Positions 24,948-37,200 of a stretch of DNA of 64,000 bases are shown here, in pieces. How positions within the stretch are numbered: the stretch's first letter is position 1; each line of letters begins with the position of its first letter. The position numbers and the translations under genes were made by a program. The stretch is from Dimorphilus gyrociliatus (taxonomy: Eukaryota > Animalia > Annelida): contig CAJFCJ010000001.1 in the NCBI GenBank assembly GCA_904063045.1, positions 2,542,001 to 2,606,000 of the forward strand. The letters are read 5' to 3'. Below the pieces are notes generated by a model. That model was not told the origin of the DNA. It saw only the letters and a list, made by a program, of their open reading frames with translations, and ran no database searches.

Positions 24948-26567
24948 ATGGAGCCTGAGAATATAGATTATATCTCACTTTTAAACAGGAAATTCGGCAA
25001 ACACGTTAAAGTATGTAAAAAATAATCATAACAAAGTAATTCTATATTCATCAATGTAAATAGTACGTGGATGTTGAAAGCGACGACGATGGTAAACCTA
25101 TATCCGATTTTACAAAGAAAATTCTCATCCCGACTAAAAAAGGTGAAATATCATTCACGGCAATCGGTCGAAGTAAAAAGATAGCTAAGCAAGCTGTTGC
25201 GAAAAAGGCATATCACTCACTTTTTGAAACAAATTTCTTTTCTGAATCTAAAAAAGAAAGATGTCAAGTATATATTCAAGTTTAATAAAATATTTAAATA
25301 GATATAAGAACATTATTTCTTCTTATCTAGGATAAAAAGGAGGAGAAAATTGAAGAAGAAGAAGAAAAAGAAGAAGAAGAAGAAGAAAAGGATAATAGGA
25401 AACAAACGTCTTTTTCGGAGAAGCTAGATTATCAACTAAACTCTCCTATCTTAGACAATTATTATGAAAAAGTGTTCTCCGAAGAAAAGTTTATAGGTGA
25501 AGGAGGATTTGGCGAAGTTAAAAAGGTTGGTATCCTTAATAAATTATTAAAAAGAGTTCTATATTAATTATTATAGGCAAAACACAAAATAAACGAGCAA
25601 TGGTACGCAATAAAAGAAATAAAAGTGACGGATAGCAGCCCTGAAAGTATAGATAAGGTAATTCTCATTAAAAAATTCATATATTTTTAAAAGCTTAATA
25701 TATGTTTCTAATGAATAGAATAGAAGAGAAATATTATTATTATCAAACTGCTCACATCCAAATATTGTAAGATATTACGGTAGTTGGTACGAAACTCGTC
25801 AACACGAAACTTCATCATTCCCAAGTAATAGTAGTAACAATTTTAGTATATTTATACAAATGGAGTTATGTGATGGTAATTTGGAAGACTGGATATATGA
25901 TAAATCAACAAAATTGCTTTGTTTTAAGAGAAAAGTTATTCACGATATGTTATCAGCCGTCCATTATATTCATTCTTTAGAGATTATTCATAGAGATATA
26001 AAACCATGCAATATTTTAACTAATAAACAAAATGAGACAATTGAAGTGAAACTAGGGGACTTTGGTGTAGCAAGAACGATTGGGAAAAGGCACACAAGTA
26101 ATGTTGGTACACTGGGCTACACTGCTCCTGAAATAGATACTTGTGACTACGCTACTTCCGTTGATATATATAGCTTAGGGATTGTTGCTCTAGAGGTGTT
26201 TGGAAACTTCAAAACCAAAGCAGAGTTCTATCACTGTGGTAACTTGTTTAAGAAAACAGGAGAATTTCCGTCAATGTTATTAGAAAACCAAGTAATATGT
26301 GAAACTATCAAGAAAATGACTGATTCAAAAAATAGGCCAACAGCAGAGGAACTCCTAAATTCTGATGTATTTTCTGAAAGCAGGAATGACGATGTCGTGA
26401 GATTAATAAATAAAATCCAACTACAAGATCAAATAATACAAGATTTACGGCAATTAGCATCAGATAAAGATAAAAGATTAGAAGAATCAAAGAAATTGTT
26501 AGATATACAAAAACAACAAATTGAAGAAATGGAGAAATTATTTCAAATTAAACATTCTAATAAATGA
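24948..26567 (+). CDS. K4: 1x dsRBM + poly-Glu linker + eIF2-alpha-type kinase + C-terminal coiled coil
   Basis: MEPENIDYISLLNRKFGKHVK|YVD...AIGRSKKIAKQAVAKKAY; EEEEEKEEEEEEK; GEGGFG, YAIK, HPNIVRYYGSWYE, FIQMELC, HRDIKPCN, DFG, HTSNVGTLGYTAPE; long heptad tail. Confidence 0.9.
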
Positions 26568-26998
26568 CCTATTTATAGATAATTAATTAATATGTTAATT
26601 AATAAATATAAATTTTTTTATTTTGGATAATGAATTACATTATAGGATTAATTTAAGAATTTAAGTTTGTTTGACTCTTTAATAACAATTAGTCGTCTAA
26701 TATAAACATTCAATTATAAAATATTCAATAATATTTCGTTTTGCAAAAAGCTTCTAAATGAATATTTATCTTTTTGATAATAATAATATTATAGGCCTAA
26801 TATATCCTTATCAACCGCATTCATTTATTCCAGAATTTGCCTCCATCAAAATGATTAGTTATGAATCTACCGTGAATATTGAGAGTATGAATTATCTTAC
26901 TTTTATGAACACATCATTCAATTCATTTTTATTTTATTGTCTCTTTTTTCAATTGAAGAATAAAATAGCACAAAGTTAATTATTAAGAATAAGATGAA

Positions 26999-28970
26999 CT
27001 ACTTTTGAAAAGGGTTTTCCAAGATATTTGAAGCTTTTAATCGATATTTGGCTAATTCAAATTTCAGGTTGTGAATTTCCTCATTTTTCAATTCGATCGT
27101 TTTGTTTAACTGTCGAATTTCTTCATAACATTGCGACAGCGTAAATTGGTTGGCTGATTCAACGTCTTCAAATAGAAATCTACTGTTAAGTAATGTAGCA
27201 GCAGTAGGTCTTCGACTTGGATCGCTATCTGTCATCTCTTTAATTGTGTCAGATAAATATAGAGATTTAGACGTTAAATCATACGGTAAATTTCTATTCT
27301 TTGTTAAATCTCTGACGGCTTCGGCGAACTTTTCAGTTGAATCAGCAATATCTGAAAATAACTCCAACGTGACTATACCAAGGCTATATATATCGCTTGA
27401 AAAATTGTAGCTAAAAGAGTAAATTTCGGGAGCAGCGTAAAAGATGGTTCCAACTCCACCGGTTAGATTTGCAGCGGAAGAGCAAGGATTATTCACTTCC
27501 CTTGCCAAACCAAAATCACTTAATTTAATCACCATGTTACCTAGTTCATCAGCAATTAAGATGTTAGAAGGTTTAATGTCTCTATGAATAACACGTTCAT
27601 TATGAAGATAGTTTAGAGCCTTCAATATATCTCTTAACATAATCTTCTCCATCGAATAAGAGTAACTGTTTGTAACTTTTCTTCTTGACAGCCATTTCTG
27701 TAGATTTTCTACACACAACTCGGTTTGCAAATACATATTGAGACAAGGAATGTCATCAACAGTTGAATATTCTATAGCATTTGAAGTTGGATTTTCAATT
27801 TCAAACCAAGATGTATAATATCTAACAATATTTCGATGTTGATATCTAGCCAATTCAATTATTTCTCTACTTTTCTGTTAAAGTTAATACTTACTGTTTT
27901 TAATTGTTTAGAATAATTAAAAAAAAAAAGTCTACTTTACCTTCTTTAGTTTATTTTCCATTAATTCAGAAAATCGAATTTTTACCTTTTTTACGGCGTA
28001 GACTGTTCGTTCAAGTTTGTTTTCAACCTAATTTAGTAACTTGAATATATATTTAACAAGAATTGATGAAAGAGTAAGCATTACCTCATAAACTTCTCCG
28101 TAGCATCCTGAACCTATTGATTTATTTATATTAAACTCCTTTTTAAATCTTAGTTCTCTAGCATTTAAATCCTTTGTATACTCTTTGACAATGAACTTGA
28201 ATACTTGAAGTTTTTCTTTTGGAGGCAATGTTACTTCATCCAGAGCATTGCCAGATAAAACTACCTTTGGTTGGCCATCTTTTTGTTCAAGAATCAACAA
28301 TTAAATGATTTTTCATAAATTTTCAATTTGGCAATAGATAAAACCTGTTTGATATTGGAATCTAAAATTCCATAGAGTTTCCATAGTCTCAACAATTGCT
28401 CGAATTTTGGCTACTTGTTGTTTTGGGCCGAATCCCTATGAAACAATATATACTGTATTTGTAAACATTGACAGTGAATAAAAAGGAGAAAAGTCTTTCT
28501 CTCACCTCAAAAATTTGATCGTCGATACTAAGAGTAACTCTAACATTCTCATCAATATTTAATCGACCAATACCTGTCTCGTAAGCAATATTTTTATTAA
28601 TTTCATTTAATATTGAAGGGAGAGGAATTGAGATGCTAGATTCTTCATATCTTTGAAAAATATCAGGCCTCCGATTGTAATCTGCTAAAGCCATAGCTGC
28701 GCACAATTTTTGAGCATCTCTTTTGTTTTTTCCCTTCGCCTCGTATGATATACGATTTATAGTAACTTTACAAGTATATATTGGCGAATGATCCGGCCCA
28801 TCTCGATCAATAAATTCAAACTATTAAAGCTTTTATTAATTAACTTTTCCAGAAAACATCAACAATCAACAAACCTGTCTACAATGTGGAAAAGTGTCGT
28901 TGAATTTAGACATAGTATCGGGAGTAATTACCACATCGGATTCATTTGTGTCTGTTGATGACATCATCAT
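26999..28970 (-). CDS. K5: 2x dsRBM + eIF2-alpha-type kinase + C-terminal coiled coil
   Basis: PHCRQ|FEFIDRDGPDHSPIYTCKV...GKNKKDAQKLCAAMAL; PSILNEINKNIAY...QIFE|GFGPKQQVAKIRAI; GSGCYG, YAVKK, HRNIVRYYTSWFE, YLQTELC, HRDIKPSN, DFG, GTIFYAAPE; heptad tail IRQLNKTIELKNEEIHNLKFEL. Confidence 0.9.
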
Positions 28971-29059
28971 GTAAGAGCACAATTAAGTATTAAAATGTTT
29001 TATTTCTCTAGATCAACTCGTATCTTTCTTTCTCCGAGAAATATGAAAACTGGTATTTT

Positions 29060-29072
29060 GGTTTCGGTTTCG
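29060..29072. promoter_or_regulatory. Candidate IRF/ISRE-like element (GGTTTCGGTTTCG = CGAAACCGAAACC) in the K5/TKFC bidirectional promoter
   Basis: Exact TTTC-NN-TTTC double core, located between divergent ATGs at 28970 and 29163. Motif match only. Confidence 0.4.
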
Positions 29073-29162
29073 AAGATGTACACACGAAATCTATTCACAG
29101 CAGGACAGTGCATTCAATTTGAAACGATTTTGATTTAATCAAGTTGAACATTTAATTGTAAA

Positions 29163-31190
29163 ATGAATGATAAAAAATTATACAATAATCCAGCAGAAAT
29201 TGTTGACGATGCTCTCGAGGGTTTAGCTAAATCTAATAAAGGGATTAAAGTGGTGAAATCCCACCGAGTTGTCGTTAGATCAGATGTTAATCAAGTAATT
29301 CAAAAGGGTTTAGTAACTTTGGTTAGTGGAGGAGGTGTGTACAAGTGTAAATTTATAAAGAATCATTACGAAATTTGCATAAAATAACAAATTACCAACT
29401 ATTAAAAATACTTTCAAAATCATGTTACTAATTAAGGTTCAGGACACGAGCCAGCACACGCCAATTACGTTGGTGAAGGCATGTTAACAGCTGCTGTTTG
29501 CGGGTCAGTATTCGCGTCACCCCCGCCTTCGAATATAGAATGTGCACTGAGATTTGCAAAATCTCCTGCCGGCTGCTTAGTTATAGTAAAGAATTACACA
29601 GGAGATAGAATCAATTTTGGTTTAGCAGTCGAAAAATTAAAAAATGAAGGTTTTAAATTAAAAATGATTGTTGTTGGTAAGCAAAAAAAACTTGGTCATT
29701 TATTTAACTTATTAATTATATCAAGTACAATTTCAAAGGTGAAGATTGCGCAAATCACTCTGCATCAATGACAGCAACCGGTAGAAGAGGTTTAGCTGGT
29801 GTTGTCTTTGTTCATAAAATTGCAGGTGCTATGGCATCAAGAGGTTGTACTTTGGAGGAGATTGTTGATCATTTAAAAATCGTCTGCTCATCTCTCGGTA
29901 CTGTTGGTGTAAGCTTCTCTGCTATAAGTTTGCCAGGAAGTGATAAACTACTCTTCAACCTGGATAACGACGTTTATTCGCTAGGTTTAGGCATACACGG
30001 AGAGATGGGTGCTTTTAAGGAGAAAATGTCATCGGCAAGAAATATAGTAGCCACTATGTTTGATCACATGACTGGAGAAAAGAATCCAGTAAGAATTGAC
30101 ATAAATAATTCTCGATTAGCAGTCTTAATCAATAATCTAGGAGGATTATCAAATCTTGAATTAACTTTATTCGCAAACGAAGTACTGGAATACTTTCGCA
30201 ATTATCCTGAAATTCAAATTGAAAGAATATATATTGGAACTTTTATGACTTCTCTAAATATGAATGGAGCATCTATAACAGTTTTAAAAATAACTACAAA
30301 TTCACAATTAACAGATTTAGATTCAAAAACAACGGCTAACGGCTGGAAAAATCAGGATTCTTTTGGTATAAACAACGATTTTGAATTAAATTACAAAGAA
30401 GAAGAGAAAGAATATACAAAAGAAGATAGTACAATTTCAAAGAAAATGGAAAATGCATTAAAGTAACTCTATAGTCTTAAACATTTAAAAACTTAATTAA
30501 TAATCTAATGAAGCTCTATACTTTTCAACAATTGCTTATTAAAATCGATTGGTGAAGAGAACATCAATCCTATAGAGTTACTTTACTAAAAGGGAAGCCT
30601 TACAACATGTAATTGACGAGTTAATAGAGAATGAAGAATACTTGAATCTATTAGACTCAATTGTTGGTGATGGAGATTGCGGATCTACCTTTAAGAGAGT
30701 ACTTTTAATATTAAAAGAAAAATTAAACATGAATAAGCTACGAACAGATTCACCATTCGCTCTTCTTATGCAACTATCTGAATTAGCTCAGAAAGATATG
30801 GGTGGTACTTCGGGTGGGTTGTATAGTGTTTTTTTCGCAGCAGCTGCTTCTAAAATTAATAAAGAATGCTCCATTACAACTATTGGAGAATCTTTACGAG
30901 CTGGAGTAGAAGCCATTCAATATTATGGAGGAGCTAAACAAGGGGACAGAACTATGTTGGACGCTCTTTTACCTTGTTTAGAATGCTTTAAGAGTGAAGT
31001 TTCGTCTAAAGAAATTTCTAAATTAATCAAGGAGAAAGTAGAAGAAGGTGTAAATGAGACAACTCATTTAAAAGCAAGAGCGGGTAGAGCAGCATACACT
31101 GATACTGTTCATCACAACAAACCAGATGCTGGCGCCTATGCTGTTGGCTTATGGATGAAATCTTTATGCAACAAATTACTTATTGAATAA
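29163..31190 (+). CDS. TKFC: Triokinase/FMN cyclase (dihydroxyacetone kinase, DAK1+DAK2)
   Basis: KKLYNNPAEIVDDALEG, LVSGGG|SGHEPAH, MLTAAVCGSVFASPP, VKNYTGDRINFGLAVE, GRRGLAG, LGLGIHGE, INNLGGLS, DSIVGDGDCG, MGGTSGGLY, GDRTMLDAL, ARAGRAAY, PDAGA. Confidence 0.97.
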
Positions 31191-31495
31191 AATGCATTCC
31201 TACTATCAGCGATTATATCCTTCGTACGTTGATAATAACTCATATTATAAGTAAAGGTTGATTGATAAAATTTGTCAGTGAAAATTTAAAGACAGATTAA
31301 ATGTTTGGAACATAATAAAAAATGGATTGACTTTACTAGTTTTCTTATATTCGAATTCTATATCAATGAAATTTATTGATAATTCAATCGAACGTACCTG
31401 GATGTTATACATTCTATATTTTCGTTATAGTTTATATCCACTAGAGGGCCATACATATACGTTGTCATTCGTCAGTGTTAACTGGTAAATATAAG

Positions 31496-33875
31496 ATGTT
31501 CAAATTGAATAATATCACTAAATTTGTCATTAAAACTCAACGTTTACAACTAAGTAGAAGTTTAACTACTTCATTATTCACAGAGGAACACAATCAACTT
31601 CGTGAAAGTTTGAGAAAAGTGAGTTTATCCAAAATTCATCGTGTTCTATATTTTGAACTAAATAAAATCTATCTTTTTTTCAAAAAGCTTGATATTATAC
31701 AGTAATCCAATTGTCCAAAAATTAATATGCAGGGTTGGATCAATAACATTCAGGTCATTTGTGCCAATATCCCCAAAAAAACAATAGTACATATATATAA
31801 TTTTAAACTGATACACTGTATATTACTTACTCTCTCACCAATTTAATTATAAAATTTGAATTAGATTGTTGAATGTCAAGCATGACTACACTCTGTAAAA
31901 TGCATCAGACAGAAGCTTAAAGTTGGTGAACACATAAAGTAGTAATGGTCTTTAAATGGATCAAATACTTTAAAAGTGGATTGGACAGGCACGTCAGGAA
32001 TAGGAATTTCAGTTTTTGACAAGACGGTACTATTTCAGGCTGAAGAGGAGAAGATAATGCTAAATAGGACTATATCTTGAAGTGAAATTTCAGTCACATA
32101 CTTGTGTAGGAGATGGATCATATATTTCTTTAGGATAGGAAAGGAATGATACTTTAAGAATGTAAGGATAAGAGATAATAACGTAAACAGTTAGAAGTAT
32201 TTTCGAACTTGCTAGTTGTGGATGAAAAGAAGAGACATATTATATAATATGATAGGGCAGGCCCCATAAAGCAGAATATATCAAGGAAAACTTTTCAAAG
32301 CTAAAATTTAAGCTTTTGCCTCACTCAGCTTGTAATCCTGATTTTATCCTAAGTAACTTTCACCTCCTAAACCCGCTAAAGGGGAACATGATGGAAATTG
32401 GTGTTTTAAAACATGACAATACTACGAGTTTTACATAAAACTGGTTAAAACATCAATGAAAAAAGCACTTTATACTTTGAGAGGCATTGCAGACTTTGGC
32501 AAATTCTGCAATTTGTGTATTAAAAGGGGAGAAAATTACTTTGTAAACTGATCCAAATTTGATAAACATAAATATGCAGGTTTTCCATAAGCTAAAACTT
32601 ATTAATACCCTTATGTATTTATAATTAAACACAGAAATTGTATATCCTCGCCCTTGCTATTTTGACCTTGACATAATTACACTTAAAGCTTAATACAATT
32701 AATTAATTTTACAGATCATAGACAAGGATATAAACCCATATGTTGACGAATGGGAAAAAGCGAAAATATTCCCTGCAAAGAAAGTCTTTAAAAAATTGGG
32801 CGATGCTGGTCTGTTAGGAGTGACAAAGTCCCCTGAATATGGAGGCCTTGGACTTGATTTTTCTTTTGCTGCAGCAGTAGCGGAAGAACTTGGAAATATC
32901 AACTGTGGTGCAATTCCAATGGCGATTGGAGTTCAGAGCGATATGGCAACGCCAGCTCTAAATACATTCGGAAGCGACTACTTAAAGAGAAATTTCCTTG
33001 CACCTAGTATAGCAGGTGATATGGTAGCATGTCTAGGTGTTAGCGAACCAACAGCTGGATCGGACGTCGCTGCTATAAAAACAAGGGCGGAAAGAAAAGG
33101 AGACGATTTTATTATTAATGGGTCTAAAATGTGGATTACCAATGCATTCCAAGCAGATTGGATCTGTTTATTAGCAAACACAGGAAGTAGCTCAAAGGTT
33201 TGAGATAAACGACTTACTCTTACTCCTCTATATTCATTATTTTCCCTCCCTTAGTTGCATCAAAACAAAAGTTTAATCGTTGTTCCTATGGATACCCCTG
33301 GAATTGAACTTATTCAAAAAATTGACAAAATTGGTATGCATTCATCCGACACTGCTCAAATAAACTTCGAAAATGTCCGAGTTCCAGCCAGTCACGTAAT
33401 AGGCGAAGAAGGTAGTGGCTTTATGTATCAGATGGTACAATTCCAACAAGAAAGACTATACGGAGCACTCGCCTGTTTACGTCCGTTAGAAAAGACTATT
33501 GAAGAAACTCGAGAGTATTGTCGCATGAGGAAAATCTTTGGCAAAAGTCTTCTCGACATGCAAACTGTTCACTTTCGATTAGCCGAATTGGAAACAGAGA
33601 TTGAAGCCCTACGAGCTCTTTGCTATACAGCTACCGAGAAATACTTATATAATGAAGATGTTACAAAATTAGCGTCCATGTGTAAGTTAAAAGCTGGTCG
33701 TTTGGCCAGAGAATGCACCGATTCTTGCCTACAATACTGGGGTGGAATGGGCTATACAAGTGACGTTCTTATTAGCCGGTTCTACAGAGATTTTAGACTT
33801 ATCTCTATTGGAGGTGGAGCTGACGAGGTAATGCTTTCGATTATATGCAAATACAATAATAGTTTACCAAAATAA
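31496..33875 (+). CDS. Mitochondrial acyl-CoA dehydrogenase, LCAD-like (invertebrate 'acdh-6'-type)
   Basis: Targeting-peptide-like exon 1 (MFKLNNITKF...FTEEHNQLRESLRK), 1.1 kb intron, then PEYGGLG, AIGVQSDM, CLGVSEPTAGSDVA, INGSKMWITN, KIGMHSSDTA, FQQERL, LQYWGGMGY, IGGGADEVM (Glu in helix G, LCAD-type). Confidence 0.93.
31725..32617 (+). mobile_element. Decayed mariner relic in intron 1 of the ACAD gene
   Basis: Fragments VFKWIKYFKSG (HTH), GRPHKA (DNARPHxA), KLLPHSACNPDFILSNFHLL (LPHPPYSPDLAPSDFHL) and RGIADFGKFCNLCIKRGENYFVN* (C-terminus). Weak ITR-like ends near 31725 (gcagggttggatcaataa) and 32598-32617 (cttattaatacccttatgta). Confidence 0.6.
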
Positions 33876-34253
33876 TGAAAGGTACACATATTTTTCTTAA
33901 TAATTTTATAATTCTAAAAACGATTTCTCTGATTACAAATTGACTTAAATAAATATAATAAAAAAATAAATATAATATTAGTGAAAAGTAAACTCTTCAT
34001 TAAATAAAATTTACAAAACAAAATAATGTATTTAAAATATATTTTAGTTGTAACCGTACGCAGAAAAAGAATTTCTGGCGTTATATGAATTGTAAGCATT
34101 GTACGAATCGTACTCTTTCTTTTCTGGGACCCAATTGAATGATGCGTATGACTTCTCACCCTTGTCATTCGAAAAACCTAATCCATGCCTCTGAAAGAAA
34201 AATTTAGATTGCCAGAAATTTTATAGTTGCAGATTCCGTTGTTTAAATATATT

Positions 34254-37200
34254 TCATTCGAACCCGGCCTTTAAAGCAGACATTAACCGTTCAGTTGGAT
34301 TATCATTATTTTCCGTTTCTAAATGAATGGCCATATTTGCTCGTATCATATTCTTTGGTAGTTCCATGCCTATTTTCATCATTGCTATTTCGCTGGCAAC
34401 ATTTTTTGCTTCTTTTCGACTTTTTCCCCTTCCAATAAATTCTCCCGAGCATAAAAATAAAACTACTTCGTGAACTTTAGAGGTAATCGAGGTTTTGAAT
34501 TGAAAATCCAATTCGTTTCGAAATTTTTCATTCAAAATTCCCGTAGCATTCTGCGGTTGGGCTACGGTGCCTTTTGCTGCCCTTTTAAGTTTCAGTTTTT
34601 GATTAAGTCGCTTGTAATAACCGGGTTCGTTTGAAATCTGAAAAAGAGCAAGTGAAAGCAGAACCTACCTTTAACTTTTTATATTTATATAGATATACTC
34701 ATTAGTTGTCAAAAAAAAGCTTACAATCAGTTTGATTAACTCTTTTTAATGAAAACTTAAGAGTAATACTTGTTTCGTCATTCTCATTTCTGACATTAAT
34801 TCAGAAAGAAAGGGCAGATAATTACCTTTTGGTCATTATAGCGAAAGGATTTCTTCCAAATCAGTAAAAAAAAAGAATGACGAAACAGAAAATTGTTTCC
34901 ACTACACGTTTTTTAGTAATTTTGGCTGATTTCACTCGCGAAAATAAAAAAAAGGGGGATATTGAAGAAAGTCTACTTACACTTTTTGTGTTACATTTAG
35001 AAATCATTTTCTTTCTGGCCTTTTCTTTCCTCATTTTCCTATCTTCTCGAACTTTATGCGCTCTTCTAAACCACTCTCCACTTTGTTTAAGAGATTCTAT
35101 AGTGCATTGTAGAGCTTTCTTTTTTGCTTCTGGCTTAGTAGCTCCAGCTCCCTCGTATTTTTTCCCTTCAACAGTAACTACACATACAGTAGCTTTTCCA
35201 CAATTTTTGCCAGAACCAGATACTGATTGATATATTATATCGATAGGATGTCCGTAGGCAGGACCAAAATGCTCATAGAGAATTTGAACTTCATTCTTAC
35301 TCTCACCTAATACAGTTGAAACAGGAGTAAAATTTCCAGTTTGTAAAGTTTCACTCTGACTGTTTCGGACTATTGGTTGTCGAATACGTTTTATAATTTC
35401 AGGAGCTAGCTTCACTTCTTCGAAAGCTTCATCAGTAACAATCAACTCTGGGCAAGACATTTCATCTGTTTAAAAAAATACGGTCAAGGATTTAGCAAGG
35501 AATTTAATAAAGTTAAAAAACAGTTCCTTTGAATTTTCTAAAGTAATTCTTTTTAAAATACAACGTTCTTGAGGGGAAAAAAACACATTAAGGAATCACA
35601 AGAATAATCATTAACATAACTTCTAATAATAGAAACATAAATTAATCACGAAAGCACTCACATTTTGGATAATAAATAAATACAACTGACTGTTATCAAC
35701 GCGAAGAAAGATAAATCATTCTTAATTTACTAGTAATAAACAAAATTTTCGGTGTTTCCTTTCGGTACGAGAAGGGATCACATGCAGATTCTATCAAAAT
35801 AATGTGTCAAGTCCTTTGAATATCTTTTTTATGCCATATAAAATCAATGAAAAAAGGTGACTTATTAAATTTCTTTTAGTAATCGCATTATTATTTAAAA
35901 AAACTCATTACACGTTCTTATTTTACTACTTAATATTAAAGAGTTTCCAATTAGATCATAGTTTCAAAAGCATAAAAATTCTATAAAATCAATAGTCCTA
36001 ATTAGATTATTTATTGCATTAAATCAAACTTTAAAGTAAGAGAGCGAAGAACGAGTTATTCTGAATAGTTTTGATAGATCCTTTTGGAAACGTAATAATA
36101 AGAAAGAAATAAAAATAGACAGAATAATTTCCTTTTCTTTATATATATAGTATTGACTAGCCTATTGATGTAATTTATGCTCCTTTCAAGGATGAAAACT
36201 TAAAATTTTAACGTTTTTACATTATGCTTAAATAAACCAAAAGATAATTCTATAATTATTACAAGCTGATTTAGATTGTTTTTTTTTAATTAACAAAAAA
36301 AGTTACCTGCTGGTTGATTAAATTTTAAATTCCATATACTAGTTAGAGCATTTTGAGCTGCCCTTGCCTTTGCCAATTTTTTATTTCTTCCAACACCCTT
36401 TGGAAGAGTTTTCATATAGTTTTACACTGAAAATATGTAAAATATATAAAAATTACCTCATAAACGGTTCCATCTACAACAACTGTGACTTTAAAAGTTC
36501 TATTCGGTGGGAGTCCAATCTCGACAGCTTGGCTATACTCTAGATCCTTACGTATTTCATTAAGAATTGAGGCTGGATTCTTCACCTCTGTAGTTTTATT
36601 TGGTAATAGTAAGTCTGCAGAATTGAACTGTTTCGAAGATTCTGGTATTGGAACATTAATGCCTCCGCTATTAGATTCAGAGGAGCTTGTATTTGTTGTT
36701 GGAGCAGTCGATGATGATGTTAATGTTACAACAGGCGACGCTAAAGGGCTTCCATACTGGTTTTGCGTTGACTGATTATCGAAGCGTCTTATATTTATAC
36801 CTTGCTTTGATAATTCTACAAGGGTGTTTAAAGCATTTTGAGCGCATTGCATTTTCGCTGCTTTTTTATTATGTCCAACTCCCTCGTACGTCTTTCCATC
36901 AATGGTAACTTGCATTGTAAAAATTGGTGCGTGGATCGGTCCTGTTTGACTAGCAATGATATACTGTCAGGGAAAAGAAATATAATTATCTTAAATTTTC
37001 TATCATTGATTGAATTTGCTAACCTGTAGACCATGACGAATTTCATTAAGTTGTTGAATTGGGCTTTTATTAGGATTAATAGTCAAAACTGAAGATCCAC
37101 CAGTCGCTCCTACTTTCTTCTTCTTATTACCAGTGATATTAGGGCATGTTGAAGCGGGTCTTTTAAAGGACTGTTGAAATGGTTGAGGTGCAGTTGAGGA

